Of a stretch of 64,000 nt of DNA, positions 63,640 through 64,000 are shown one piece after another. The stretch is from the NCBI RefSeq assembly GCF_009914755.1, contig NC_060928.1; one strand, given 5' to 3'. The DNA is from the human T2T-CHM13v2.0 reference genome, Homo sapiens. The notes below the pieces were generated by a model. That model did no database searches. It was not told the origin of the DNA and saw only the letters and a program-made list of their open reading frames with translations. Made by a program: the position numbers and the translations under genes. Position 1 is the first letter of the stretch. Each line of letters starts with the position of its first letter.

Positions 63640-64000
63640 ATATAGCTTTTCTGAGATATAACTGACATGCAATAAATCACACATACTTAAAATGTACAAT
63701 CTGATGACTTTTGAATTTATGTATATACTCATGAAACCAACACAATAAAATTAATAAATACATCTGTCACTCCCCCAAATTTTCTCATGCCTATTTGTAA
63801 TACTTTCTTTTCCCAGCCCCTGCCTATCACCAGGGAATCATCTATTTGCTTTCTGTCACTATAAATGATTTTGCGTTTTCTAGAATTTTACGAAAATAGA
63901 ATATATAATATGAAACTTTTTTGTCTGCCTTATTTTACTCAGCATAATTGTTTTGAGATTCATGCATGCTATTGTTCATTCCTTTTCATTGCTGAGTAGT
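63640..64000 (-). mobile_element. Old L1 (L1MB/ME) 3' end
   Basis: AGCTTTTCTGAGATATAACTGACA...TTCTAGAATTTTA...TACTCAGCATAATTGTTTTGAGATTCAT; runs off the window. Confidence 0.85.

Overview
Primate (human-like) non-coding DNA, AT-rich and mostly interspersed repeat. I find no protein-coding gene, tRNA, rRNA or CRISPR array; the listed ORFs are broken LINE-1 ORF1/ORF2 pieces, Alu/LTR frames, fossil ERVL gag or hAT transposase, or chance frames. Main elements: two full-length but inactivated L1PA copies head-to-head (18.1-24.2 kb minus, 55.4-61.9 kb plus), a three-level nest of minus-strand L1s (11.3-27.5 kb), an L1MA, four Alus with target-site duplications (TSDs), THE1/MST, MLT1, MER21, LTR16/HERV16 and LTR33-like LTRs, MER53, Charlie hAT fossils, MIR and L2. 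Best leads: a perfect 21-bp hairpin beside a minus-strand splice donor (62.9 kb); a probable ~92-bp L1 3' transduction (61.9 kb); a 64-bp inverted repeat around an AT-rich core (9.0-9.3 kb); a ~24-bp tandem array multiplying a CATGTGAC motif inside an LTR (6.2-6.6 kb); and a motif-dense candidate enhancer (49.7-50.1 kb). I cannot support a new multi-gene system. Subfamily names and most boundaries come from recalled consensus sequences read by eye and need RepeatMasker/Dfam confirmation.
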